Positions 43,680 to 59,610 of a DNA stretch of 64,000 nt are shown here, in pieces (the stretch's first letter is position 1; the number at the start of each line of letters is the position of its first letter). Both the position numbers and the translations under genes were made by a program. The notes beneath the pieces were generated by a model. The model ran no database searches. It saw only the letters and a list, made by a program, of their open reading frames with translations, and was not told the origin of the DNA. The stretch comes from the human T2T-CHM13v2.0 reference genome, Homo sapiens, in NCBI RefSeq assembly GCF_009914755.1, contig NC_060928.1; one strand, written 5' to 3'.

Positions 43680-44610
43680 TTTTATTTAGTATATATTGTG
43701 TAATGGTTATCACAATCAGATTACTGAACACATCCTGTTCATCTTATAACTGAAAGTTTGTCTCCTGTGACGGACATCTCTCCATTTCTCTCATCCCCCA
43801 GTCCTTGCAATCATTGTAATACTCTTAGTTTCCATAAGTTTGACTTTTTCCACATTCCACATGTAAGTGAGATCATACGGTGTTTGTCTTTCTGCCCCCC
43901 GACTTATTTCGCTTAGCATAATGGCCTCCAGGTTCATTCATGTTGTCACAGAAGGCTGAATAATTCCCTTACGTATGTGTGCCACATTTTCATTATTCAT
44001 TCATCCATTGATGCACACTTAGGTTGCTTCCATATCTTGGCTTTTGTGAGTAATGCTGCAGCAAGCACGGGAATGCAGTGTCTCTTCAACATACTAATTT
44101 CCATTTCCTTTGGATATATACCCAGAAATGCAATTACTGGATTATACGATGATTCTATTTTTTATTTTTTGAGGAATATTCTTACTGTTTTTTATAACAG
44201 TTGGACTAATTCATATTCCCAACAATAGTGTACACGGATTTCCTTATCTCCACATTTTTACCAACACTTGTAACCTTTTTTCTTTTTATAGTAGCCATGC
44301 TAATAGGTGAGAGGTGATATCTCATTGTGGTTTTAATTTGCAATTCTGGTGATTAGTGATGCTAAGCATTTTTTCATATGCCTGTTGGCCATTTATGTAT
44401 CTTCTTTGAAAAAATGTCTATTTGGGTCCTTTGCCCATTTTTAATTGAGTTATTTGGAGGGTTTTTATTTTTGTTTTTTTTCTTTTTGGCTATTGAGTTG
44501 TCTGACTTCCATATATATTGTGGAGATTGACTCCTTATCAGATAATTGGCAAATATATTCTCCCATTCCATAGACTGCCTTTTTATTTTCTTGGTTGTTT
44601 CCTGTGCAGG
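43680..44610 (-). mobile_element. L1MA-type 3' end, antisense
   Basis: cattccacatgtaagtgagatcatacgg..ggatatatacccagaa..; the ORF at 44374-44808 contains KRQSMEWENIFANY. Confidence 0.9.
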
Positions 44611-45243
44611 TTTTTTTTGTTTGTTTTTTCTTTCAATGTGCTTTATTAAAGTGTCTGTAAAGATTGTCACCACAAAGAAAAAGGTGATTGCTTCAGTGAA
44701 AAAATTCCATGAAATTATTTTTAGACACCATATTTTTCTTTTTAATGGGGGAAAATACATGTAAAGAAAAAATGGGTTTGTGTGATTAAAAAGAGAGTGC
44801 TGTTTCATTCTTTGTGACTATGAGCCATGCCTAACAGTTAAGAGAGTTATTTTAAAACACTAGATGTATTGGAGGTCACAGCTCAAAATTGGCTGACATC
44901 CTAAATCTCTGATACATTATATCACTTTACATTGCAGGCTATATGTTTAGTAATATGTATTATTTAAAATATTAACATTTAAAATTTTTATCTTAATACG
45001 TAAAATTACCTATAACATAACCTATGACCCAACTTGACATCCTCCTTCCAGGTAAGAAAGAATCTGCATGAGAACATAGTCAGGGAGGTAAGGGACAGAC
45101 AGGGAACTGGGGTCATTAGAGTAGTGTCGATTATAGTTTCACTGTCCAACTGTGTAATCCCACGCCAATCCATGCCCAGAATCAGGCAAGAAGTGGGAAC
45201 AAAGTGTATCCTCAGTATTTTGTCCTAGCTAGCACCCATGTAC

Positions 45244-45563
<320 letters not shown>

Positions 45564-45717
45564 ACACTCATGTACTTTTAATAACTTTATTTTTGTTACT
45601 GTATCATAAGGCTACATATCAAAACTATAAAAATGAATAGCTCTGGGGTTTGTATGTACCAGTGCTCAGTAGGAAGAAAGAACAAAGAGTGATTATCTGG
45701 AATCATTTAAACTTCTA

Positions 45718-46062
45718 GCCCAGCCCTGTGCATAGAAATATAATGTAAGCCACAGATATGAGCCACAGAGGAAATTTTAAATGTTCTAGTAGCCATCTTA
45801 AAGAAAAATAAAAAGCAGCAGGTGAAATTAATTTTAACCGTATATTTCATTTTATCCAATAGATCCAAAATATTTTCATTTTAACCTGAAATCAATATAA
45901 CATTACTAATTGGATACTTATTTTGAAGTCTTTTTAATTGTACTAAGTCTTAAATATCTGGGATATATTTTTAGTTACAGCCCATCTCAATTCAGACTTG
46001 CTATGTTTCAAGTTCTCAATAGCCACATGAAGCTGGTGGCCACTACAGTGCATAGCACAGTT
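45718..46062. mobile_element. MER33-like hAT-Charlie element
   Basis: atagaaatataatgtaagccaca..ttctagtagcca..ggtgaaattaattttaa..atgtttcaagttctcaatagccacatg. Confidence 0.8.
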
Positions 46063-49000
46063 CTAGACCATTATTCTCCCTCCCCTGCAGTACAGCCCAC
46101 ACTATTTAGCCACATTTCTTTTTCTCACTAACCTATACTGTTTCTTAAGGAAGTCCACACTAATCGATCGCTTTGCATACCCAATTAATTGATGTTTGCA
46201 TACCAAATGCACTACTTCATCTTTAACTCTTGCATTAGCTACATCATTTAAATGTTTATGCAGATAAGCAACTCACATTTTGACTTTCAGTTCCCTGATC
46301 TCTTCAAATCAAATGCATTTCCTCTCTCTTCAGCTTTAGTCATTCCATCTGAAGACCAGACTATGGACTTTGCATTCAATTGCATCCATTATGCCTCTCA
46401 ATGCTTATGTTTTTGATATGGTTCACTCAGACTACAGCCTCCCACACTTTCACTTTCAGTGTGGCCAGTCTCTCATTTTCGCTCTTTGACTACATTGAGG
46501 CCACAGCCCTCTAATCCTCTGTCTACTCCCTCTAGACCCTTTCTTCTTCCTAGTCACATTTATGTACTAAACACGGATGGCAGAAGTCCACAGAGCCTGG
46601 TCTGAGGATGGTCTAAGGAACAGATGTCAGCAGAGCTGAAAACCACCTCTAGGATATGGTGTTACCTTAGATCAGGGGCTTTGCGGTGTTCTTTGTGTTT
46701 CTTGTTACCAGTAGGCCCATGATAGACCTGTTCCACGCCATTTCACTTCAAAGATGCTCAGATATATGTGCATGATAGGAGCAGCTCAGCTTGGTTCCAA
46801 GCTTTGACACTGCTACGTGCCTCTGTGGACCCTTCCAGGGTGATTCTATCAGCCTCCATGGCTTTAAATAGCATGTACCCTGTTAGCTCCAGTACCAGCA
46901 TTTCCAGTCCTGTCTTTAGCTTGCATACTTCTTGTCTCTTTCTTGATTTTTCCAGTTGTTATTGTCTTCTCCCTGCTCTTCTCCTCACATTGTCTCCCTT
47001 TTTTAATGTCTTTACTATCAAGTTCAACAAACAGAAAACTGGGAGCTATCCCCCTCCCAGCTTTATCTCTTCATTCCGTATATTTAAGCAACCAAATTCT
47101 GGTACTTCTACAGAAATCACTCTTGAATTTCTCCCCTGTTCTCTCCATTCATAGTCAGCATCTTAGTTCAGGCCCTGACCTTTATACTATTACAAATGGC
47201 ATCGGTATTGGTCATCCTGAGTCCAGGTTGCAAACCAGTTGCCACAGTGCTGTTAACATACTCTTGTAAATTGTAAAGCTGATTATCTTATCCTTACGCT
47301 TAGAATATTTTATCCACTTTCTATTGAGTATATCAGAGGCTTTCACATGCATCATTTTAGAGCAGAATGATTTTTAGAAATGAAATTAGCAGTGAGTTTA
47401 AATATACAAAATATAACAAAAGTAGCAGAGAGCCTCACCAGAAATTAAATTTGTGAGAATAGCCCCTTGATCCATTTTTAAGACAGACCATGCCAGAAAA
47501 TGTCTATGACCAATTGAAAGCATCCCATTGATGCTTTAGAAAAAAAGGGGAGAGTTAGGAACCCTGGAATCCTCAGAAGAATGAGTGCAGGGTGCATGGA
47601 CCTATTTTTCCTGAAGATAATGTGTGTTAGGTTTTTTATACTTCTGTGGTTTAAATGGAAACTATGATTCTCTCCTAAATCAACTGCTGGGAACTGGAGG
47701 GGACTGTGTATCCTAGATCCTTGAGGTGCAATCCTGCCCCACCCTCATGAAGTCAGCTGCTTCTCTGGCAAGGGTTGTGAACCATATTTCTGTAATGACA
47801 AACTATTTATTTTTAGTTTTTCAACTCTCTTTTAGTAAACATTGAAATTATTTTATCGTCTCATACTATGAGATTATTTCAAGTTTTGCTTACTCCTTCC
47901 AAAGATTTTGAGAAACAGTTATTTTTAGTTTACATAGAGAAGAAAGTCATAGATTCTTAAAAATGTATATGTTCTATCTGTCAGCATAATCTTCCAAAGT
48001 TTTTTTGCCTGTATGGATTGATTTTGTTTTTGCTGACTGAACTATCAAAATGGCCCCAACAATTGTGAAAGTATACAAAATTCAATTTCGAATGAATTAC
48101 ATTTACAGAACTATTTCCAGAAAAACAGAAAATGTCCCAATAAAAGTATTTTCAAATGAAAAAGCTAGAGTTTAAATATATATCCTTAAATAGATAAAAT
48201 TTAAAGAAAACATTTTATATATATGATTACAAAATTGGGCCAAAGAGATAGTTTTTTTATAGGTTTACATTTATATTGGAAATTCATGCAAATTTTCTAA
48301 ATACAGTTCATGACTTTTTGCTGACATTTTCAGTTATGGTCACTATGTTTAAGGAAAATGAAAGCACGTGAATGTAGAAGGAGTATGAATATAGACAATT
48401 TCATTTCTTCTGGAATGTTCTTGACAAAATTGAGGTGGAAAGAGAGCAGGAATAGCCTTTCTGAAAGAAATATTTGCTATCCACCTGGTATTTCATTTTA
48501 AAAATTTAAAATAAGATCTCTTTATTTAAAGTTATTGTTGCTGCTGCTGTTGTTGTTGTTGCTGTTATATCTGTAATCTGCCAGCCCAAAGCAAGAAATT
48601 TTGGAAGTTGACAAAGGTCGCGATTTCTTCACTCCAGCTACTTCCTGGTGTACAGAACAACTCAAGATTTGCTGGGAAAAGCTGGGAGACATTGCAAAAA
48701 AGCACAGAAATTGTCTCCCTGTGAAAGAAAAGATCAAGATCCCATTTCCTCTTCCTTCTGAGGTAATACCAATAGAGATGAGTAAGCAGGAAAGTTTAAG
48801 ATTTTCTCATGGGGCATCTCATCCTGATACAGACCTGAAACTGACAACCAGGCACAATGCCAAAGCCTAGGTTGTTGTGGGGAAGGGCTGCTTGTGGGAT
48901 CAATATTCCTGAAGACAAAAATCTCTCTGTGTTCAATCTCTAATCCACTCGCCCAATGCTTTGTGCTTAACAGGCATGCACAAATAATTTTTTTTAGTGT

Positions 49001-50949
49001 AAAAGTAGGAATCCAGGTATCTAAAAGTATGGAATGACTATAGCTGGATGTAACATTGGAAAAGGAGGATCAAGGAGATTTGCTTACCTTTCCCTTCTCC
49101 CAGAGTTATCTTCAACAGGCCTTGCTAGATCAGTAGTAAGATGATGAGACTTGCAGAGCAGTGAGCAGGAACCACATGCAATACTCTTTGCGTGCAATGG
49201 TGGTTCTTGCTCCAGATCTTCCTTCCTGTAGTATTTGGAACCAGTACTGCCTGCACATCAAGCTTGCATGGCAATGATATTTTCAGGACATTCCTCTGAT
49301 GCATCCATGCTGTTGGTAGTGGTACGTAAAGCTGGACTTCTTATTGGTCAGCCTTGGAGTCTCCAGCTTGGCAACACTTGTTCAAAAATAAGCAACCAGC
49401 ATCTCATGACACTTTGCTGTCCTCCAGCATCAAGATGATGCTCCTGAATTCTGACAATACCTCTACTTCAGGAGCAGAAATGCCTGAATTATATGATCAA
49501 CGTTCCCAAGTAAATGGGATTATCCCAGGACATGTAGGTTCACATTAATGTAATTAGTAAAAGAACTGTAATCTTTTTGGCCTCTCAAGCTGGTAAAGCA
49601 GGAAATCAAAACTCTGTTCATACTCTTACAATGTGAATTTCATTATTGCATGAGACCATGCTGTTTATTATGAATTTATCCAAGAAGAGAAAACATACTT
49701 GACACAATAGAACATGCTAAAGAAATATACCAACTTTCTCACTTATCTGGACAAATTAAATCCAACTTGCAAACTTGAGTTGTGAAATATAATAATAATA
49801 AAATCTATATGAAGTTTAAGAACAGGTTTATTTGTGATTAGAAAATGACAGAAAATTCAGAAAATTAATTTACCTATCAGTATTCCTTTTATATCCAATT
49901 AATTTAAAATTGTATATTCTGTGATAGGAAGCTAGTTTGTACTTGTAGAATATACTATATAATCCATAAATAGCCATGACTTTTTCATTCAAAAAGATTG
50001 GGCATTGAGTTTGCTATAGAATTTTCATATTGATTTTAAATAAATATTCTAAAATAAGATATGAGGGTCTTATCCCAAAGAAAATGAATTTTAAACAAAA
50101 GCATCAAGTATGCCTTGTCTTCAAGAGAAAACCACTGGATTGCAAAAGTGGATATAGTTTTAATATTGGCCTTTAATTCTTCCTATAACTGTTTGGAAAC
50201 ACAGTACGCCTGCCATCAGTATCCATGCTATGTGATAAATCAAACAGCAAAATATGTGAATGTGATGTGTCTGCCTTTTAAATGACTATTCTGTTTTCCA
50301 CATTTCTGTACACAGAGGAAGTAGATAAAATGTCACCTGTAGCTAATCATGAGGATGCATTTTATTGAATACTTCTATGGTAGAATCTACGGCATTTTCT
50401 GCTGAGCTGCTATCAAGCTGTGTTAGGGTACTGGATCTACCAATTACGTTTATGTTAGGTTACTTACAAGGGTAGCAATACAATAAAACAGTGAGACAAG
50501 GAAAGAAGAAATCTCTGTTGCCTTTGCTCCTTGAGTTAGTAAAGGCAAAGAAAAAGTGAAATTCTTGATAGCTGTCTGCACTGAAACATTTCAGCTCAAT
50601 TCTCTTTCCCAAAGATCAAGTAAAGAAGGCTAATCTTGTTTTCTAGACACTTAACTCTTTTTCTTAGGCATCTTTAGTCCTTATTTTGCCTGAGAGCCTC
50701 TTAAAGGGAATATTGTATTTTAAAGTGACTCTTTAGTAATACAAACACAATAGTCCCGAATACATCAGTGTCACAGTAATCGTGTTCAGAAGTTCACACA
50801 AGCTGAATACCAGAAAGCTGAATGCCTTTCTTCCCAGTGGCATGAATACTCACAAGGCATACCATTTTAGTGGCAAATTCACTGCTATTTCATCTACAGA
50901 AATGATCACAAGACAACTGCGATAAATGGGAATATGAAAAGATGTATCA

Positions 50950-51376
<427 letters not shown>

Positions 51377-52059
51377 TTATCAGATAGCCATTTCACTACC
51401 AATGTGTGGGATCTTAGATTCTAGATTAATGGCCCCCAATTCCTAAGTGGCAGAGATGTGCCACCAGACCTCTTAAAAGTCAGCAAACAAGAGAAGGCCA
51501 TTTCCTCCTGTAAAGCATGTGTCTCTCTACACAACATAGATGAAGAGCCTGTTCAATGCTATTATAAAAGATAATTGCCATCTTTACTTAAAGTTGAATG
51601 ATAAAGTGAAATAAACAATTCATTTGAAAGATTATTAGGACCTCTTTTATCAAAGATCAGAGGCTTTGGATTATGGATACCTAAATTTGAATTCAACCTC
51701 TGCTTCTGATAGATTTTGTGGCTTTAGGAATATTTGTTCCCCTTCTTTAGAAAGCAGGACTCAGGGAAGAGACCAAACTTTGAGGTCATTTAAATGACCA
51801 CCTGTAAAATTCCTCAGACACCAAAAACTGTTGATCCGTGATTGTTTGTACTTTTATAAATTTTTAAATAGAAATATTGAATCGTATTATATCAAATAAA
51901 ACATTATTTACTTGGCATCATGATGTTTGTAATAGTGTTCTAAAAATTGTCAAATGATATATAAGATGAGTTATTATTGCTGAAATAACAAATTAAGTAC
52001 AGTGTCTTACCTTGGGAGAGCCAAATCCATCAAAGTCCCGGGTGATGATATAGCGGAGC

Positions 52060-52290
52060 AAAGCAATTCTGAATTCTGGGTTTCAGTTGCCTGGGTTTGA
52101 GTTTCAATTCTACCACTTGCCATGCGGCAGATATTGGACATGTTACTTAACCTATTTATACTTCACTTGTTTCATCTGTAAATTAGGAATAATTCTCATA
52201 AAACTAAATCGTGGGCTGTTATGAATTAATATTTGTAAAGTACTTAATATGGTGCCTAGCACATAGTAAGTGGTTTGAAAGGGTTAGATA
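52060..52290 (+). mobile_element. MIR
   Basis: cctgggtttgag..taccacttgc..gttacttaacct..catctgtaaa..aaagtactt..ggtgcctagcacatagtaagtg. Confidence 0.8.
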
Positions 52291-53248
52291 AATATAAAAC
52301 ATTCAACATCAAGATGTCTGGAAACTACCAAAGTGGTACATTTGAATTTTACCGAATCGATTTTAGCCCTAATTCTGACGGAGTTGATGTGTGGTTATGA
52401 TCAGAATAGTGTTTAGAGTGAGTTGACCCAAATCTGTGAGTGTGGGGTAAAAAATGGGTCAGCAATTTGGGACACATGAAACAATCAGTGAGAAATGTGG
52501 GATCAGGATAAGATGCAAAGTGGCACCATCTGAAACCAAGGATGCAGAAGAGTGTAAGTTTATAAGATAGTTTTGGAGCTGTGACTGAAAAACTACCACT
52601 GACCAGTCCTCTGTGCCGGATGTAATGGAGCCAGTGGAACCCCGTCATAGCTGTGTAGTCACCACCATGTTGGGATCCCTGAATCTGCTTTGGCCTGATG
52701 TACCCCAGCAACTCAGACTTCACAACCTAGCTCCTCACTCCTGTCTTGCCTATTTAGACTTAAAGGACCTCCCAGCCTGCGAATCAGACACCACTCTCAC
52801 TATCAGGTTTTCCTGGCAGAAACCCATAGTAGGGGGTAACATTTGAGAAGAATCCTTAAATTCCCTGGAGTATAGACTTGGCCCTTGCCTGCTCACATCA
52901 ATAATGACACCTCAGTTCTAGGAACTTGTCAAGAAGTCACTATTTTACTTTTGCCAAAACTTTGCTAGAGCAATGAATTTTGTGTTAATGATGTTTGGGA
53001 ATACTTGTATATAAAATAAGAGTGCTTGATGAGAAGGATGTCTGGAATTGAGTATATAAATGTTTATATGCTGGAAAACTCACTAATTTTGGCAATCAGC
53101 TTAATAATTATTTGCATAAGTTCTGTACAAAAAAAATGGTTTTCTGAGGGTCACAGAAAGCTCTCGTTTTTTTATAGGAGAAAAATGGATACATAGAAAT
53201 AGAAAATATAACTAATTGAAATAATCATCCATGAAAGTAATTTAGCTC

Positions 53249-53529
53249 AGCCGGGCGTGGTGGCTCACATCTGTAATCCCAGCACTTTGGGAGGCCAAGG
53301 CGGGTAGATCACAAGGTCAGAAGTTTGAGACCAACCTGGCCAAGATGGTGTAACCCCGTCTCCACTAAAAATACAAAAAAATTAGCCGGACGTGGTGGTG
53401 TGTGACTGTAATTCCAGCTACTTGGGAGGCTGAGGCAGAGAATTGCTTGAACCCCAGAGGCGGAGGTTGCAGTGGGCTGAGATCGCGCCACTGCACTCTA
53501 GCCTGGGCGACAGAGTGAGACTCCGTCTC

Positions 53530-53560
<31 letters not shown>
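53249..53560 (+). mobile_element. AluS
   Basis: Complete dimer with A-rich tail. Confidence 0.94.
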
Positions 53561-53561
<1 letters not shown>

Positions 53562-54099
53562 AAATTAGCTTACTTAGCAAGTCAGGACTATACTCCACAA
53601 ACAAGTAGAGTTCTCTATAAGAATTTAGGTTCTTTATAAAAATTTTATTTATAAAAAATGTAGTCCTAAAGAAAAATTTGGTTTAAAAGTAATTTGGTGT
53701 TTTGCTCTTAAATTGAGGGTTATTAATTATGCTGGCAAGAAGATAAAATTGTTTCAAAGCTGGCACAATTTTTATTCTGAAGTTAAGACCTTTCAGCAGA
53801 GTGTTCACATTGCTGTTTTAGATGTTTGCCTAAAACTAAGGAGTTTGTGGTTTTTGTCTGCCACAGAAGTAATATAATCCCGAGTCAAATTAAGCTAGTG
53901 CTATGGTACTTCCTTAGTTTTAAAATTCAATATTCTTGATATTCATGACAGTTCCCTTTTTGAGAACTGATTTTCTGCAGTTCAGTGATACTCCATAATG
54001 CCTAATAGATGCAAAGGTAAATATGGTATGTGCACATCTAGGCAGTTTGGGCTGAATATAGGAAGAATTCAAGCCCAGAACTAAACCACTGCCTTTCAA

Positions 54100-54929
54100 A
54101 GCTGATGTCATAGAAGGAATGAAGAGAGAAACAAGTCAGTTTATTTTGCCCCTGCCCTGACCCTCTTACACCAACCACCTGGGGTTGAGCCAGACCTCTC
54201 AAGTTAAGGACACACTCCTCTATGAGACTGCCCACACTCCAGATGCCAGCTGCAAGTTTGAGGTTCCCCAGGCCACCTTCACTACTGAGCAACCGGCTAC
54301 AAATTTGGAGGTTGCCACAATCTCTTCACATTTGATTCACTAAAATAACTCACCAAACTTAGGAAAGTGCTGTATTTATGATTATGCTTTTATTACACCA
54401 AAAGGAAATTAGAATCATCCAAAGGGAGAGACTCACAGGGTGAGCTCTGACAGGGGCCTTACCTGAAGCTTCCATTGTCCTGTCTTTGTGGAGTCCTAGA
54501 TGGCATTCTATTCAACACACACTTGTGCGGCAATACTGAAGAGCTGACAACCAGGGGTTCTCCTGAGCTTCAGTGTCCATGGATTTTATTGGGATTTCAT
54601 TACATAGATGTGATTGATTGAATTTTTGGCCATGCTACTCAATCTCTAGCCTCCCTGCCTCCCTCAGGGATTAAGCTGTTATTACCCAATTCAAAGGCCC
54701 AACCCTCTAATTACATAGTTGATCCTTCTGGTAATCCCATTCTAATTCATCTAATTAGCCTAAACTAAGAGCCCACTGTGAGTCATCTTGTTAGTATAAA
54801 TTATCAAGTGTTATCTGAGGGGCTCACTATGATTCAGAAAGACACTCCTATCTCTTAGGAAATTCCAAGAATTTAAAGTCTATCTATCAGGAGCTGGGGA
54901 CAAAGATTAGCCAAATTCTTTATCATGCA
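54100..54929 (-). mobile_element. MER21-family LTR
   Basis: cagatgccagctgcaagt..ccccaggccacc..ggctacaaatt..gacactcctatc..ggaaattccaag..ggggacaaaga. Confidence 0.75.
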
Positions 54930-55296
54930 GCCTTATCTAGCTAAAAGTGTCTGAGTTTCTAAAGAAATGGGTTCAATATTTTAATGGTTTTTTTCTTGTC
55001 CTATTTCTATTAATAATGGCCTATAATGCTCTCTGACCCCTACATTCTTCTCTAGGTTTCTTAGTAGTGAGGTCTAACTTGCTTCCTTCCTCCTGGGCTC
55101 TGAAACTAAGGAGAGAACTAGATAATAGAATGGCTGATACTTACAGAAAAGTACCGCACAGTAGGTGTCACTCTAAGTGCTCCACACTTGTCTCTCAGTT
55201 AAATGATCACAAAACTTTCTATGAGATAAGCACTATTCCTACCCCTTTATTGGGATCAGATTTCTCTGCATATATCAGATAATAAAAATACAGCAA

Positions 55297-55573
55297 GGCT
55301 GGGTGCGGTGGCTCACGCCTGTACTCCCAGCATTTTGGGAGGCCAAGGCAGGTGGGTCACTTGAGATCAGAAGTTCGAGACCAGCCTAGCCAACATGGTG
55401 AAACCCTGTCTCTACTAAAAATGCAAAAATTAGCCAGATGTGGTGGTGGGCACTTGTATAATCCTAGCTACTCAGGAGGCTGAGGCAGGAGAACTGATTG
55501 AACCTTGGAGGCAGAGGTTGAGTGAGCCAAGATTGTGCCAGGGCACTCCAGCCTGGGCGACAGAGCGAGACTC

Positions 55574-55604
<31 letters not shown>
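55297..55604 (+). mobile_element. AluS
   Basis: Complete dimer with poly(A). Confidence 0.94.
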
Positions 55605-55606
<2 letters not shown>

Positions 55607-56019
55607 AGTGACAATACCAACCACAACCAGTAGCTTAAATATATACATGTTTCTTTTCTCACACAGAAAATGTGCAGAGGTAGATAGTCCATGATGGACA
55701 GAGAACATATTCTTCCCCTGCTCCTGTTCTACCTTTCATTGCCCTTCACTGTACATACCAATATAGCTGTTCTAGCTCCAGCATCTATATAGAACAGCTA
55801 TTTACAGTGAAGCTATAAATAGAATAGCTAGCATTCTATTTATTGCATCAGAAGATGGTAGTGACTTCTCCATTTGAAGAGACTTTCCCAAACGTCCATG
55901 CAGCATGCATACATACCTCTGACTCCCTGACTTACCCAGCAACTTGATTTTGAAAATAGAAAGAGAAAAGCAGTTTGTCACCAACAAGCAGTTTGTCACC
56001 TACAAGGGATGCTTAATAT

Positions 56020-56450
56020 GAAAATAACTTCTGATTTTGCATCAAAATCTATGGAAGCCAGAAGGCAGTGAGATGACATATTCCAAGTGCTGAAAGAAAA
56101 AATAATTCTATATTGGGTAAAATTACCCTTCAAAAATAAAGGGGGAAATCAAGATATTTTCAGATAAATGTAAAAATGACAGCATTCATTGCTAGTAACT
56201 TTCTTGCTCTGCAAAAATGCTAAAGGGAGTCCTTCAGGCTGAAATAAAAGAATGCTATACAGTAACTTTTTTTCCTATCTAACTTAAAAGACAACTGTGT
56301 AAAACAATGGTTGTAAATCTATATTGAAGGCACACTGCATATTAATACGTAATTTGTGATAATATCAACATAAAGTAGGGAGATTGAGTGGTATAGGAGC
56401 AAAGCTCTTATAAAATTGAAATTAAATTGGTATTAATCTAAACTAGATTG
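56020..56450 (+). mobile_element. L1M ORF1 end / inter-ORF fragment
   Basis: atggaagccagaaggcagtgagatgacatattccaagtgctgaaagaaaa..ccttcaaaaataaagg..gctaaagggagtccttcaggctgaa. Confidence 0.8.
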
Positions 56451-56491
56451 AAGTCAAAATTTGAACTAGATTGGTATTTGTTTGAACTAGA

Positions 56492-57062
56492 TAAAATCAG
56501 GGAGAGTGATGCCTCCAGCTTTATTCTTTTTGCTCAAGGCTGTATTGACTGTTTGGGGTTTTTTGTAGTTCCCTTTGTAGATCCATATGAATTTAAGGAT
56601 ATTTTCCCATTTTTGTAAGAAATAACATTGCAATTTTGATAGGGATTGCATTGAATTTTGCATATCACTTTCGGTAGTAGGGACTTTTTTCAATATTAAT
56701 TCTTCCAATCCATGAGCATTTGATATCTTTTCATTTATTTGTATTTTCTTCCATTTCTTTCATCAGCATTTTATAGTTAACAGATATTTTGCCCCCTTGG
56801 TTAAGTTTACATCTAAGTATTTATTGTAAATGGGATTTTTCTCTTAATTTTCTTTTCAGATAGCCCATTATTAGCATTTAGAAATGCTACCATTTTTGTA
56901 TGTTGATTTTGTATCCTGCAACCTTACGAATTTATTATCAGGTCTAAAATTTTTATGATAGAGTCTTTAGGGTTTTTATATATAATATCATGTTACCAAA
57001 AAAATAGAGACAATTTCATTTCTTCCTTTCCTGTTAAAATGCCATTTATTTCTTTCTTTTGC
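56492..57062 (-). mobile_element. Inverted L1 ORF2 segment
   Basis: The minus-strand ORF ends SKKNKAGGITLPDF, matching L1 ORF2. Confidence 0.9.
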
Positions 57063-57084
57063 CTAAGATCTGGCTAAGTATTCC

Positions 57085-58397
57085 ACTAAATCAACTCAAA
57101 ATGATGAAAAACTTAAATATTCAGGTCTTATCTGAAACCGTACAATTACTAGAAGAAAACACAGGAGAAAAGCTTCGTGACATTCTTCTAGGCAATAATT
57201 CTTTTAAAGATATGACCCTAAAAGGACAGTCACCAAAAGCAAAAATAGGCAAATGGGATTACATCAAACTAAAGGCTGCTGCACATCAAGAAAAACAAAT
57301 AACAAAGTGAAGAGAAAATCCACAGCATGAGAGTAAATACTGGCAAATCATGCATCTTATAATGGGTTAATATTCAAAATATGTAAGGAATTCAAGCAAC
57401 TCAATAGCAAGAAAATATATAACCTGATTTAAAAAATGGGCAAAGAACCTGAACAGACACTTCTCAAAAGAAGACACACAAATGGTCAATAGGTACATGG
57501 AAAAATGCTCAGCATCAGTAATTATTAGGGAAATACAAAATAAAACCACAATGAGATATTACCTCAGACCCATTGGAATGGCTTTTATTAAAAAGAGGAA
57601 ATAAAACAAGTGATACAGAGAATGGGAAGAAGAGAGCTCGTACATTTTTGGTGAAATTGTAAATTAGTACCTTTTATGGAAAATGGTATGGAGGTTCCTC
57701 AAAAAGCAAAAAATAGAACTACTCTATGACCCAGTAATCCCGCTTCTGGGTATCTATCCAAAGGAGCTGAAATCAATATATCAACAGGATGTCCGTTCTC
57801 TCGTGTTTATTGCAGCCTCATTCACAATAGCCAAGATACAGGAACAATGTAAGTGTCCATTAATGGATGAATGGATAAAGAAAATGTGGTAAATATACAC
57901 AATGGAGTAGTATTCAGCCTCTAAAAAGGGAGAAATTCTGTCATTTGCAACAACATGGATGAATCTAGAGGACATTATGCTAAATAAAATAAGCCAGAAA
58001 CAGAAAGACAAAGATCATCTGATCTAACAAAGTTATGGAATTGGAGAGTAGAAGAATAGTTACCAGAGGCTGGGGTTAGGGTAGGGATAAAGAGAATAGG
58101 GAGTTGTTGATCAAAGGGTTCAAAGTTTTAGATTGATAAGAGGAATCAATTTTAAGATCTAGATCTATTCCACTGTAGGGTGGCTATAGTCAATAATAAT
58201 GTATTATATATTTCAAAATAATTTAGAGAGTAAATTTCAAATGTCTCACCATAAAAAATGATAAGTAAGTGAAGTGATGGGCATGTTAACTAGTTTGACT
58301 TAATCCTACCATACTGTATACATATATTAAAACATCACATTGTACCCCATGAATGTACACAATTATGATTTGTCAATCAAAAATTTATAAAAATAAA
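57085..58397 (+). mobile_element. L1MA-type ORF2 C-terminus and 3' UTR, sense
   Basis: MVWRFLKKQKIELLYDPVIPLLGIYPKELKS..; the 3' UTR ends gatttgtcaatcaaaaatttataaaaataaa. Confidence 0.92.
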
Positions 58398-58419
58398 TCC
58401 AATAATATATGCAATGTAT

Positions 58420-59610
<1,191 letters not shown>

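Noticed and set aside
49235-49548. Possible processed-pseudogene fragment
   Set aside because: The composition looks coding-like, but I recognise no parent protein, poly(A) tail or TSD.
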